Shown piece after piece: positions 31,133 through 40,700 of a stretch of DNA of 64,000 nucleotides. Origin of the DNA: an uncultured Gemmatimonadales bacterium (GTDB lineage Bacteria > Gemmatimonadota > Gemmatimonadetes > Longimicrobiales > RSA9). Positions within the stretch are counted from its first letter, which is position 1; the number at the start of each line of letters is the position of its first letter. The position numbers and the translations under genes are program-made. Under the pieces are notes generated by a model, which saw nothing but the letters and a program-made list of their open reading frames with translations, had not been told where the DNA came from and made no database searches. The DNA is taken from assembly GCA_963816355.1 (NCBI GenBank), contig CAWFKH010000001.1, forward strand, positions 576,001-640,000. Direction: 5' to 3'.

Positions 31133-33676
31133 ATGCACCGCACCAATGCACGCCCACGACGCCTGATGGCCGCCGCGCTCGCGGCGGTCGCGCTCGTCGC
31201 GGCCGCGGCGTGCGGTGGCGGAGGCCCCGGCCCGCCGGCGGGGGCGAGCGGCGACCTGGACGACGGCCGGCGGGACGCCGCCGAGTGGATCGCGGACGCG
31301 CGCGTCCACGACCGGGCGGACTCGTCGGAGGTGGTCGCACTCGGCTACCTGGAGCGCGCGCGCCTGGGGCTCGGCTCGCCGTTTCGCCTCGCGGAGTACG
31401 CGCTGGACGACCCCCGCCTCGACAGCCTCTACCAGCGCCGCGTGGCGTGGGCCGTGCTCGCGCGCGTCTCGGCGCGTCAGGACTACGACGTCGACCCCGC
31501 TGCGCTGGACGGCGTGGACATGCACCGTTCGCTGCGCGCCGACGGCGCCGCGCACCTGCGTCTGATCCAGGGCGTGGTGCGTGCGGCGCGCGATCCGCGC
31601 GCGGGTGAGCTCGCCGTCCGGCTGGCCTACGCGCTGGCGGCGGCGGAGGGGTCGGTGAGCCGTGCGGGGCCCGGCGTCGCCGCCCAGGCGGCCGCGCTGG
31701 CACGCGACCGCGAGCTGGCGCACGACGACGTGCGACGGCTCCTCGCGGCCGCGGACCGCGCCGACGCCGATCCGCTGGCGCTGCTGCGGCGGTGGCGCGT
31801 CGAGCGGCGCTTCGCCGTCGAGCAGCCGCTTGCGGGCGCCATCGGGATCGACGCGGAGGCGGAGGCGATCGAGCTGGCGCCGCGGCTGGTGGAGGCGGTG
31901 CGCCAGATCGGGTCGGCGGCCGGATCGGAGGGGCGCGAGCCGGCGAGGGCGGCGAGGAGCGCGGCCCCGGGAACGCCGCTGCTCGGCACGCGCGTCGCGG
32001 TGCGGCTCGAGGCGCGCACCGATTCGCTCGACCCACCGCCGCAGGCGCCGATCGTCATGGCGGTGCGGCTGCACGAAGAGGAGGCGGGGCGGCGGTCGCC
32101 CGCAGACACCGCGGCGTTCTCGCTCTTCGCCCGCCGCGCGCGCGACGAAGAGCATTTCGCGGCCGAGTACCCGCGTTTCCTGACGAACGCGGTGGGCGCC
32201 CGCGACCTGGTCGCGCGCGTGGCGCTGTCGGCGGCGGTCGCGCTGCGGCCGTACGCGCAGGAGGCGGTGTGGTACCCGAGGCTGGGCGGCCCGAGCGAGG
32301 CGGACCTCGAGACGCGCTACGGCCTCGCGGCGGTCGCCTTCGACCGGGACGTGCCGCTCCCGTGGCGGCCGTACTACCGTCGCATGCTGGCGACGTCGCT
32401 CACCGACCTGCAGCGCGTCCTGCCGCCGCTCTCCTTCCGCGGCCTGCGCGTGCGCTTCGGCTCGCTGCGCAGCGGCCAGGCGACGACGCTCGCGATGCAC
32501 GATCCGCGCACGCGCACCGTCTACTTCCCGCCGGCGACCGGCGCCGGCACGATCGCGCACGAGCTGGCGCACGACCTCGACTGGCAGGTGGCGCGGCGCC
32601 GCTTCGGCGTCCGCGGCGACTACGCGACCGACCGCGCGACGCGCCGCGGCCGCGGCGCGATGGCGCTGTCGCTGCACGACCTGGCCGACGGCGCGCTCGA
32701 CCCGCCGCGACCCGGCGAGCCGACGACCTCGCACGCGCGGCGTCCGGCGGAGGTGTTCGCGCGCAGCGTCGACTGGGCCGTGACCCTCGCGCTGGCGCGC
32801 GACGGCCGCATGGACGGCTACCTCTCCTCGGTGCAGGACGGCGTGCTCACCGGCTACGGCAGCGTGCGGCCGCCGGACTTCACCGGCCGCGCCGGCGACG
32901 CGCTCGTGTCGATCCTCGACCAGGTCGCGCCGCTGCCCGCCGACCTGCGGCGCTGGTACCTGGAGCACCACGGGCTCGGCCGGCCTCTCCCCGCCTACGA
33001 CCTCGTGCGCATGGTGCTCGAGGCGCCGATCCCCGTCGAGCGCGACCTCGTGCTCGTCTTCGGCGGCTCCGCCGTGAACGACGACTCCGCCGCCTCCGAT
33101 TCCCTCGCCGTCGATTCCGCCCGCGCCAACGCCAGCGCCAGCGCGAGCCCTCGCTTTGCCGCGATCGCGGCCGCCCGCGACGCCGCGATGCGCGCCATCG
33201 ACGAGTGGATCTGCGACGTCCCCGGCGCCGCCTACGACCGCGACATGCAGCAGGCCCGCCGCGAGCTCGTGCTGCGCGCCGCGGAGGCGCGCGCCCGCGG
33301 CATCGCCCTCCACCGCGCCACCGAGGTGGCCGGCATCGCGGGGCGGCGCTGGGTGGCGCGCGCCCTCTTCGGCGCCCCGTGGCCGGAGTCGGCCGTCGAC
33401 TCGACGACCGCGGACTACCTGGCCGGCCTGGTCGGTCGCGTGCGCGAGATCGCCGCCGGTTCGGCGCTGCCGGAGCAGAGCTTCCGCCTCGCCGCCGCGC
33501 CCGCCCGCTGCGCGGTGGCGCCGCTCGCGATCGCCACCGACGTCGCGCCCTTCGCGCTCGCCGTCGCCGCCGCGCCTTCCGCCCCCTCACGTGGCTCGCC
33601 GCTCGCGCCGGCTGATCCTCGGGCCTCCCTCCCACACGCGGATCCCCCCTCGCGCCAGTCGGCTCGCGCCGGCTGA
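31133..33676 (+). CDS. Large putative lipoprotein with zincin (HExxH) metallopeptidase-like domain
   Basis: Lipobox-like AAAAC-GGGG; TIAHELAHDLD and downstream AEVFAR; start 31133 or 31166. Confidence 0.65.
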   Translation: MHRTNARPRRLMAAALAAVALVAAAACGGGGPGPPAGASGDLDDGRRDAAEWIADARVHDRADSSEVVALGYLERARLGLGSPFRLAEYALDDPRLDSLYQRRVAWAVLARVSARQDYDVDPAALDGVDMHRSLRADGAAHLRLIQGVVRAARDPRAGELAVRLAYALAAAEGSVSRAGPGVAAQAAALARDRELAHDDVRRLLAAADRADADPLALLRRWRVERRFAVEQPLAGAIGIDAEAEAIELAPRLVEAVRQIGSAAGSEGREPARAARSAAPGTPLLGTRVAVRLEARTDSLDPPPQAPIVMAVRLHEEEAGRRSPADTAAFSLFARRARDEEHFAAEYPRFLTNAVGARDLVARVALSAAVALRPYAQEAVWYPRLGGPSEADLETRYGLAAVAFDRDVPLPWRPYYRRMLATSLTDLQRVLPPLSFRGLRVRFGSLRSGQATTLAMHDPRTRTVYFPPATGAGTIAHELAHDLDWQVARRRFGVRGDYATDRATRRGRGAMALSLHDLADGALDPPRPGEPTTSHARRPAEVFARSVDWAVTLALARDGRMDGYLSSVQDGVLTGYGSVRPPDFTGRAGDALVSILDQVAPLPADLRRWYLEHHGLGRPLPAYDLVRMVLEAPIPVERDLVLVFGGSAVNDDSAASDSLAVDSARANASASASPRFAAIAAARDAAMRAIDEWICDVPGAAYDRDMQQARRELVLRAAEARARGIALHRATEVAGIAGRRWVARALFGAPWPESAVDSTTADYLAGLVGRVREIAAGSALPEQSFRLAAAPARCAVAPLAIATDVAPFALAVAAAPSAPSRGSPLAPADPRASLPHADPPSRQSARAG

Positions 33677-33780
33677 TCCTCGGGCCTCCCTCCCCAGACG
33701 CGGCCCCCCCCGCGCGCCGGCCGGCTCGCCCCGGCCGGTCGGGCCGCCCCCCCCACACGCGCCCCCCCCCGCGCCGGCCG
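33601..33780. repeat. ~61-bp tandem repeat, two good copies and one degenerate, spanning the stop codon
   Basis: GCTCGCGCCGGCTGATCCTCGGGCCTCCCTCCC at 33601 and 33662; decayed copy from ~33724. Confidence 0.85.
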
Positions 33781-33798
33781 GTCGGGCCTCACGCGGAC

Positions 33799-33983
33799 GA
33801 GCGAGAGAAATCTCGTAATCGACGCCCCGGCGATGATCGACATCCGACTATTTCTCGGAAACCGGGAAGAATCTCGTAACGGCCGTGCGCGGCCCGCGGC
33901 GGCCTCGAGATTCTTATCGCTTTCCGAGAAGAATCAGGATGTCGATCCTGGAGAGGGCGCCCATTACGAGAAATTGCTCGCTC
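33799..33983. repeat. 185-bp imperfect inverted repeat (long hairpin) between convergent genes
   Basis: Six nested paired blocks, e.g. TCTCGTAAT/ATTACGAGA, GATCGACATCC/GGATGTCGATC, TTCTCGGAAA/TTTCCGAGAA, AAGAATCTCG/CGAGATTCTT. Confidence 0.9.
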
Positions 33984-34027
33984 ACGACGGACCGGCGGAG
34001 GGGACGGGGGAGGGGGGAGGGGGCGCG

Positions 34028-35197
34028 CTAGCGGAGGGTCCGGCGGAACTGGCGCGTCGCCAGCCACAGGACCACGGCGGCCATGAGCGTCAGGGTGGCG
34101 AGCTGCGGCCACAGGTCCGTGAAGCCCTCGCCTTTCAGGAAGACGCCACGCACGACCTCCAGGAAGTGGCGCACCGGATTGAGCAGCGTCAGCTCCTGGA
34201 AGAAGAGCGGCATCGAGCGGATGGGATACATGAAGCCGGAGAGGATGATCATCGGCAGGAAGAAGAGGAACATCGCCATGAACGCCTCCTGCTGCGTGCT
34301 CGATACGGTCGAAACGAGCAGACCGAGGCCGAGCGCGGCGAGGATGTAGACGCTCGAGGCGGCGAGCAGGAGCGGCACGCTGCCGCGCAGCGGGATGTGG
34401 AACCAGAGCACCGCGACCGCGGTGACGAGCGCGAGGTCGAGGAAGGCGATCGCCGCCACCGGGATCGTCTTGCCCAGGATCAGCTCCCCCGCCGAGAGCG
34501 GCGAGACCATCAGTTGTTCGAGCGTGCCCAGCTCGCGCTCGCGGACCACCGTCAGCGCCGTGAGCAGCAGCGCCATCAGCATCAGGATCACCGCGATCAC
34601 GCCCGGCACGTTGTAGACGCGGCTCTCCAGGGAGGGATTGAACCACGCGCGGGCGCGCAGGTCGACGCCGCCGGCCGTCGCGCCACCGGCTGCCGCGCCA
34701 CCGGCCGTCGCGCCACCGGCCGTCGCAGCGCCGGGGTCGTAGTTCTGGCCGAAGCGCTGGACGATCTGCGTCGCGTAGCCCTGCGCGACGGTGGCGGTGT
34801 TCGAGCTGGTGCCGTCGACGAGGATCTGGACGACGGCGCCGCGGCGTGCGGCGAGGTCGGCGGCGAAGCCGCGCGGGATCTCGAGGCCGACGAGGGCGTC
34901 GCCGGCGTCGAGCGCGCGGCGGATGTCGGCGGAGCGGTCGCTGATGGCGACGAGGCGGAAGTAGCCGGCGGCGGTCATCGCATCGACGAGCCGGCGCGAT
35001 TCGATCGTGTGGTCGTGGTCGACCACCACGAGCGCGGCGTTGCGCACGTCGGTGTTGACGGCGTAGCCGAAGAGGAGGAGCTGCAGCACGGGCGAGACGA
35101 AGATGAGGCGCTTCGTCTTCGGGTCGCGGAAGATCTGCCGCCACTCCTTGCGCAGCAGCTCGCGGATGCGGAGCAGCGACTCGCGCGCGGCGTTCAT
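34028..35197 (-). CDS. ABC-2 transporter permease (YbhR-like)
   Basis: KEWRQIFRD, LLLFGYA, RERELGTLEQLMVSP, LSGFMYPI. Confidence 0.92.
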   Translation of the reverse strand: MNAARESLLRIRELLRKEWRQIFRDPKTKRLIFVSPVLQLLLFGYAVNTDVRNAALVVVDHDHTIESRRLVDAMTAAGYFRLVAISDRSADIRRALDAGDALVGLEIPRGFAADLAARRGAVVQILVDGTSSNTATVAQGYATQIVQRFGQNYDPGAATAGGATAGGAAAGGATAGGVDLRARAWFNPSLESRVYNVPGVIAVILMLMALLLTALTVVRERELGTLEQLMVSPLSAGELILGKTIPVAAIAFLDLALVTAVAVLWFHIPLRGSVPLLLAASSVYILAALGLGLLVSTVSSTQQEAFMAMFLFFLPMIILSGFMYPIRSMPLFFQELTLLNPVRHFLEVVRGVFLKGEGFTDLWPQLATLTLMAAVVLWLATRQFRRTLR

Positions 35198-35258
35198 GCG
35201 GGGGCTCGCCCGCCGCCCGTCGAGGGCGGCAGCGGCGTGGCCGGCTCGCGCGTCTCGC

Positions 35259-36374
35259 TCATCCGATCTCCTTGCGGAAAGCGTACGTGGCGAGGCCGAG
35301 GCCGATCGCGGCGAAGAGGATCATGGAGAGCGCTTGCGCCCAGAGCACGCCGGCGCCGACGCCCTTCAGGAAGATCCCGCGGGTGACCGTGATGTAGTAG
35401 CGTGCGGGGATCACGTAGGTGAAGAGCCGCAGCGCGCGGGGCATGCTCGCGATGTCGAAGAGGAAGCCGGAGAGCAGGATCGCGGGCAGGTAGGTGACGA
35501 CCATCGCGACCTGCATCGCCAGGACCTGCGAGCGGAGCGCCGCGGAGATGAAGATGCCGAGGCCGAGCGCGCCCAGCAGGAAGAGCAGGGTGAGCACCGC
35601 GAGCAGGGCGACGTCGCCGCGCAGCGGCACGCCGAAGACGAGGATGCCGGCGAGCGTCGCGACGGCGACGTCGAAGAGGCCGATGATCAGGTAGGGCAGG
35701 AGCTTGCCGAGCACGACCTCGTGGCGGCGCACCGGCGTGGCGGCGAGCTGCTCCATGGTGCCGCGCTCCCATTCGCGCGCGATCGTGAGCGCGGTCAGGA
35801 CCGCGGCGATGATCGACATGATCACCGCGATCAGGCCGGGCACGATCATGTTCCGGCTCTCCAGCTTCGGGTTGTACCACACGCGCGTCTCGGCGCGCGC
35901 CGGCGGCGTGAAGGTGCGTCCGCGCAGCAGCACGTCGACGGAGAAGCGGGCGGCGATCGCCTGCGCGTAGGCGAGCGCGATCGTGGCGGTGTTGGCGTCG
36001 CCGCCGTCGAGCAGCAGTTGCACGGGGGCGGCGCGGCCGGCGACGAGGTCGCGGGCGAAGCCGGGCGGCACGATCAGCGCGCCGAGCGCGTGGCCGTGCG
36101 CGATCGGCGCGTCGACGTCTGCGTACCGCGCGGGGCGGCCGACGACGTCGAAGTAGCCGCTCGCCTCGAACGCCTCGACCAGCGCCCGGCTGTCCTGCGT
36201 GGCGTCGCGGTCGAGCACGAGGAGGCGGATGTCCTTCACGTCCCACGTGATCGCGTAGCCGAAGAAGAGCAGCAGGAAGAGCGGCAGCAGGAACGCGAGC
36301 GCCATGCTGCGCCGGTCGCGGCGGAGCTGGATCGCCTCCTTGCGCGCGACGGCCAGGAGCCGGCCGGCGGCCAT
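35259..36374 (-). CDS. ABC-2 transporter permease (YbhS-like)
   Basis: RKEAIQLRRD, AREWERGTMEQL, GKLLPY. Confidence 0.92.
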   Translation of the reverse strand: MAAGRLLAVARKEAIQLRRDRRSMALAFLLPLFLLLFFGYAITWDVKDIRLLVLDRDATQDSRALVEAFEASGYFDVVGRPARYADVDAPIAHGHALGALIVPPGFARDLVAGRAAPVQLLLDGGDANTATIALAYAQAIAARFSVDVLLRGRTFTPPARAETRVWYNPKLESRNMIVPGLIAVIMSIIAAVLTALTIAREWERGTMEQLAATPVRRHEVVLGKLLPYLIIGLFDVAVATLAGILVFGVPLRGDVALLAVLTLLFLLGALGLGIFISAALRSQVLAMQVAMVVTYLPAILLSGFLFDIASMPRALRLFTYVIPARYYITVTRGIFLKGVGAGVLWAQALSMILFAAIGLGLATYAFRKEIG

Positions 36375-36379
36375 CGCGC

Positions 36380-37345
36380 TCAGCCTTCCCGGGCGCCGCC
36401 CTCGCGGCGCACGAGCGAGACGAAGACGTCCTCGAGCGAGGGGCGGACGACGCGGATCGCGCGGGTGCGGCGGCCGAGGCCGCCGAGGAGCTCCGGCAGG
36501 CGGAGCCGCGCGGCGTCGGCGTCCTCCGCCACGACGTGGACCGCGCGGCCGAACATCGAGGCGTCGACGACGCCGGGCGCGCCGCGCAGCGCCTCGACGG
36601 CGCGCGGCGCGTCGTCCACGTGCAGCTCGAGGACCGGCAGCCGCATCGAAGCGCGCAGCGCCGGCGGCGCGTCCAGCGCGATGAGGCGGCCGCGGTTCAT
36701 GAGCGCGAGCCGGTGGCAGTACTCGGCCTCCTCCATGTAGTGCGTGCTGACAAGGATGGTGGTGCCGTGCGCGGCGAGCGAATCGATCAGGTCCCAGAAC
36801 GCGCGGCGCGCGAGCGGGTCGACGCCAGACGTCGGCTCGTCGAGGAAGAGGATGGAGGGCTCGTGGAGCACGGCGCAGCCGAGCGCCAGCCGCTGCTTGA
36901 AGCCGAGCGGCAGCTCCGCCGTCAGGCGGTCCTCCCTGCCGACGATCCCCGCCATCCGCATCACCCACTCGCGACGCTCCGCGAGCCGCTTCCCCGTCAC
37001 GCCGTAGAGGCCCGCGAAGAGCGAGACGTTCTCCGCCACCGTGAGGTCGCCGTAGAGCGAGAAACGCTGCGACATGTAGCCGATGCGGCGGCGGATCGCG
37101 GCGGCGTCGCCGACGATGTCGAGCCCGGCGACGCGGCCGCCGCCGGACGTCGGCGCGAGCAGGCCGGTCAGCATCTTGATCGTCGTCGTCTTCCCCGCGC
37201 CGTTGGGCCCGAGAAAGCCGAAGATCTCGCCGGTGCGGACCGCGAAGGTGACGTCGTCGACGGCGGTGAAGTCCCCGAAGCGGCGCGTGAGACGATCCAC
37301 CTCGATCGCGGGCGGCGGCCGGTCAGGCGGCGGCCGGTCAGGCAT
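36380..37345 (-). CDS. ABC transporter ATP-binding protein
   Basis: GPNGAGKT, LPLGFKQRLAL, LDEPTSGVDP, STHYM. Confidence 0.93.
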   Translation of the reverse strand: MPDRPPPDRPPPAIEVDRLTRRFGDFTAVDDVTFAVRTGEIFGFLGPNGAGKTTTIKMLTGLLAPTSGGGRVAGLDIVGDAAAIRRRIGYMSQRFSLYGDLTVAENVSLFAGLYGVTGKRLAERREWVMRMAGIVGREDRLTAELPLGFKQRLALGCAVLHEPSILFLDEPTSGVDPLARRAFWDLIDSLAAHGTTILVSTHYMEEAEYCHRLALMNRGRLIALDAPPALRASMRLPVLELHVDDAPRAVEALRGAPGVVDASMFGRAVHVVAEDADAARLRLPELLGGLGRRTRAIRVVRPSLEDVFVSLVRREGGAREG

Positions 37346-38291
37346 GCGCCGCTCCGGCGTCGGTGACGAGCTGGATGAAGACGTCCTCGAGCGACGGCGG
37401 CACGGCGCGGTCGTCGTGGATCGCGACGCCGGCATCCCGCAGCGCCGCGCGCGCCGCCTCCCACGTGTCGTCGCCGCGCAGCCACACGTGGATCGAGTCG
37501 CCGTAGAGCGTGGCGCGCGCCACCGCGGGGGAGGCGCGGAGCAGGTCGCGCGCGCGGCGCGGCGCGTCGGTCCAGAGCGCGCGCATCTCGCCGCCGAGCG
37601 AGGCCTGCAGCGCCTGCGGCGCGTCGAGCGCGAGGGCGCGGCCGCGGTCGAGCAGGACGACGCGGTCGCAGCGTTCGGCTTCGTCCATGTACGAGGTCGA
37701 CACGACGACGGTGACGCCGGCGGCGACGCGTTCGTGGAGGATGAGCCAGAGGTCGCGTCGTGAGATCGGGTCGACGCCGAACGTCGGCTCGTCGAGCAGC
37801 AGCAGCTCCGGCTCGTGCACCAGCGCGCAGGAGAGGGAGAGCTTCTGCTTCATGCCGCCGGAGAGGTTGCCGGCGAGGCGGTCGCGGAAGGGGGCGAGGT
37901 CGGAGAAGCGATAGAGCCGCTCGAGCCGCGCCGTGCGCTCGCCGCGCGGAACGCTGTAGAGGTCGGCGTAGAAGGCGAGGTTCTCCGCCACCGTCAGGTC
38001 GTCGTAGAGGCCGAAGCGCTGCGCCATGTAGGCGATGTGCGGCTTGACCTCTTCGGGCCGCGCGGCGACGCCGATGCCGAGCACCGCGGCGTCGCCGGAC
38101 GTCGGGCGGAGCACGCCGGCGAGCATGCGAAGCGTCGTCGTCTTGCCGGCTCCGTCGGGGCCCACAATGCCGAACAGCTCGCCGCGGCGGATGTCGAGCG
38201 AGAGGCCGTCGACGGCGGCGCGCCCGCCGAAGTGGCGGGTGAGGGAGCGCAGCGAGACGGCGACGTCCTCGCCGGACGGTGCGCCGCTCAT
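37338..38291 (-). CDS. ABC transporter ATP-binding protein
   Basis: GPDGAGKT, LSGGMKQKL, LDEPT; with the next gene resembles a split YbhF. Confidence 0.93.
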   Translation of the reverse strand: MSGAPSGEDVAVSLRSLTRHFGGRAAVDGLSLDIRRGELFGIVGPDGAGKTTTLRMLAGVLRPTSGDAAVLGIGVAARPEEVKPHIAYMAQRFGLYDDLTVAENLAFYADLYSVPRGERTARLERLYRFSDLAPFRDRLAGNLSGGMKQKLSLSCALVHEPELLLLDEPTFGVDPISRRDLWLILHERVAAGVTVVVSTSYMDEAERCDRVVLLDRGRALALDAPQALQASLGGEMRALWTDAPRRARDLLRASPAVARATLYGDSIHVWLRGDDTWEAARAALRDAGVAIHDDRAVPPSLEDVFIQLVTDAGAAHA

Positions 38292-38319
38292 CGTCGCGGC
38301 CGCGCGCGCGTCGGACCGC

Positions 38320-39321
38320 TCACCGAACGGCCTCCGCGGAGAGCACGACGTCCGCCGGGATGCCGGACTTGAGGTCGCCACCCGGGTCGCCCGTGATGGC
38401 GACCTTCACGGCGTAGACGAGCTTCACGCGCTCCTCCGTCGTCTGCACGTTCTTCGGCGTGAACTCCGCCTCGCTGGCGATGAAGGAGACGCGGCCGGCG
38501 TAGCGCTTTCCGGGGAAGGCGTCGGCGGTGATCGTCGCCGGATCGCCGACGCTCACGCGCCCCACCACGTCCTCGCGCACGTAGATGCGGACCCAGCGGT
38601 CGTCCGGGTCCAGCACCGTCACCACCGGAAGGCCGGCGGCGACGACCTCCCCCGGCTCGCGGTGGCGGATCGTGACGACGCCGGCGAAGGGCGCGCGCAC
38701 GACGGCGTTGGCGAGCGCCGCGTCGATCTGCCGCACCGCCGCGCGCGCCTGCTCGACTGCGGCGCGCGCGGCGTCGATGCGCTCGCGGCGGGGACCGGCG
38801 CGGACGAGTCGGAGCTGCTCCTCCGCCTGCGTCGCCTGCGCGCGCGCGACCCCGTACGCGGTGCTCGCCTTGTCGAGGGCCTCGCGGCTGACCGCGCCGC
38901 CTTCCTGCAGCGCGCGCGTGCGCTCGAGGTCGCGGCGCGCGTCATCGAGCCGATGTCCCGCGGCGGCGGCGAGCGAGCGCGCCTGCGCGATCTCTTCCGG
39001 CCGCGAGCCGCGCTGCAGCTCGGCGAGCTGGGCCGTGGCCGCGCTGAGCTGCGCGACCGCGCCCGCGCGGCGGGCGGCCAGCTCGGCGGTGTCGAGCGCG
39101 GCCAGGACCTGGCCCGCTGCGACGGCGTCGCCCTCCTGCACCGCGAGGGTCGCGATGCGGCCCGGCGCCTGGAAGCCGAGGTCCGCCTCGCGCGCCTCCA
39201 CGGTTCCGGACGCGCTCACGACGTCGGCGTCGCCGCCGCCGCGGAAGGACACGAGCGCGACCACGACGGCGGTCACCACGACGGCGACACCGGCCACCAG
39301 CAGGGCCCGCGTGCGGTTCAT
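38320..39321 (-). CDS. HlyD family membrane fusion protein (YbhG-like)
   Basis: ASGTVEA, EGDAVAAGQVL, APFAGVV, AEFTPKNVQTTEERVKLVY. Confidence 0.92.
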   Translation of the reverse strand: MNRTRALLVAGVAVVVTAVVVALVSFRGGGDADVVSASGTVEAREADLGFQAPGRIATLAVQEGDAVAAGQVLAALDTAELAARRAGAVAQLSAATAQLAELQRGSRPEEIAQARSLAAAAGHRLDDARRDLERTRALQEGGAVSREALDKASTAYGVARAQATQAEEQLRLVRAGPRRERIDAARAAVEQARAAVRQIDAALANAVVRAPFAGVVTIRHREPGEVVAAGLPVVTVLDPDDRWVRIYVREDVVGRVSVGDPATITADAFPGKRYAGRVSFIASEAEFTPKNVQTTEERVKLVYAVKVAITGDPGGDLKSGIPADVVLSAEAVR

Positions 39322-40700
39322 CGCTCCGACTCCAGCGTGTTCGTGAGCCATGCGGGCGTGAGGTCGCCGGTGATGCGCGCGACCGCGACGCGCGCGCCCA
39401 GCGCCGCGGCGCGCGCCTGCGTCAGCGCCGCACGGGCGTCGAAGAGGTCCGCCTCCGCCGTCAGGTAGTCCGTCTGCGTGCCGGCGCCCCGATCGAGCGA
39501 GAGACGCTCGATCCGCACGACCTCCTCGGACTGGCGGACCGCCGCCTCGAGCGCGGCCGCGCGCGCGCTCGAAGCCTCCAGCTCCGTAAGCGCACCGTCG
39601 AGACGGCGCTCCACCTCCTGCTCCGCGACGTCGATCCGCGCCCGCGCACCGCGCGCTTCCGCCGCCGCGCGGTCCACGCCGCTCGCCCGCGCTCCGCCGG
39701 TGAAGAGCGGATAGGTGAGCTGTACGCCGCCCTGCCACTCTCCCGTGTAGGCGCCCGGTGCGCTGCCGTACTCGTTGTAGCGGCCGACCGCCTGCAGCCG
39801 CGGCAGCCACGCCGCCCGCGCCACCGCGCGCGCCGCGCCCGCCGCCGCCTGCTCCCGCCGCGCCCGCGCCAGCTCCGGGTTCGCCTCCCGCGCCCGCGCC
39901 AGCAGCGCCTCCCGCGGCGGCGGCGCTCCGTCGCCGCCGCCGCCGCCCGGTGCACCGAGCGGGGCGAGAGGACGCCCGGCGAGCGCCGCGGCGCTCGCTC
40001 CCATCAGCCGCGCCATCTCGCGCTCCGCGGCCTTCACCTCCGCACCCGCGCCGGCGCTGTCCGCTCGGGCGCGCGCCAGCGCCGCCCGTGCCCGCAGCAC
40101 CGCCACCTCCGCCGCCCGTCCCTCGCGCAGCATCCGCCGCGACCGCTCCAGCTCACCGTCCAGCGCCCGCACCCGCGCCGCCGCCGCGAACGCCACGTCG
40201 CGCGCGGAGCCGACGCGCAGATACGCCCGCGACACCTCCAGCAACACGTCGGCCCGCGTCGCGGCCTCGCCGAGCGACGCCGCCGACGCCAGCGCCCGCG
40301 CGCTGCGCAGCCTGCCCCGCCGCGCGCCGCCGTCGAACACCGTCCACGTCACCGAGAGCGCGCCCTGCACCAGCGTCCGCTCGAACGATGGCGGCTGCGT
40401 CGGATCGAAGCCGTGCAGCGGCGCCACCACCATCGGCTCCTGAAATCGCGTCAGGCCGCCGTCCAGCGACAGCGCCGGGAAGAACGACGCCCGCCTGCCG
40501 CCCACGTCCGCCGCCGCCGCGTCCGATGCGGCCCGCGACGCCGCCAGCTCCGGACTCGTCGCCAGCGCCGCCGCCGCCGCCGCCGACAGCGTGAGCGGAG
40601 CCGCCGCCGGCTCCTGCGCCCCTGCGCCTGCCGCCGCGACGAACCCCAATAGCGGCACGACGAGCCGCATTCCTCGCCGCAGCGCTGCAACCCCTCTCAT
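39318..40700 (-). CDS. TolC family outer-membrane efflux protein
   Basis: Two OEP repeats (FFPALSL...WTVFDGG; WLPRLQ...YPLFTGG). Confidence 0.88.
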   Translation of the reverse strand: MRGVAALRRGMRLVVPLLGFVAAAGAGAQEPAAAPLTLSAAAAAALATSPELAASRAASDAAAADVGGRRASFFPALSLDGGLTRFQEPMVVAPLHGFDPTQPPSFERTLVQGALSVTWTVFDGGARRGRLRSARALASAASLGEAATRADVLLEVSRAYLRVGSARDVAFAAAARVRALDGELERSRRMLREGRAAEVAVLRARAALARARADSAGAGAEVKAAEREMARLMGASAAALAGRPLAPLGAPGGGGGDGAPPPREALLARAREANPELARARREQAAAGAARAVARAAWLPRLQAVGRYNEYGSAPGAYTGEWQGGVQLTYPLFTGGARASGVDRAAAEARGARARIDVAEQEVERRLDGALTELEASSARAAALEAAVRQSEEVVRIERLSLDRGAGTQTDYLTAEADLFDARAALTQARAAALGARVAVARITGDLTPAWLTNTLESER

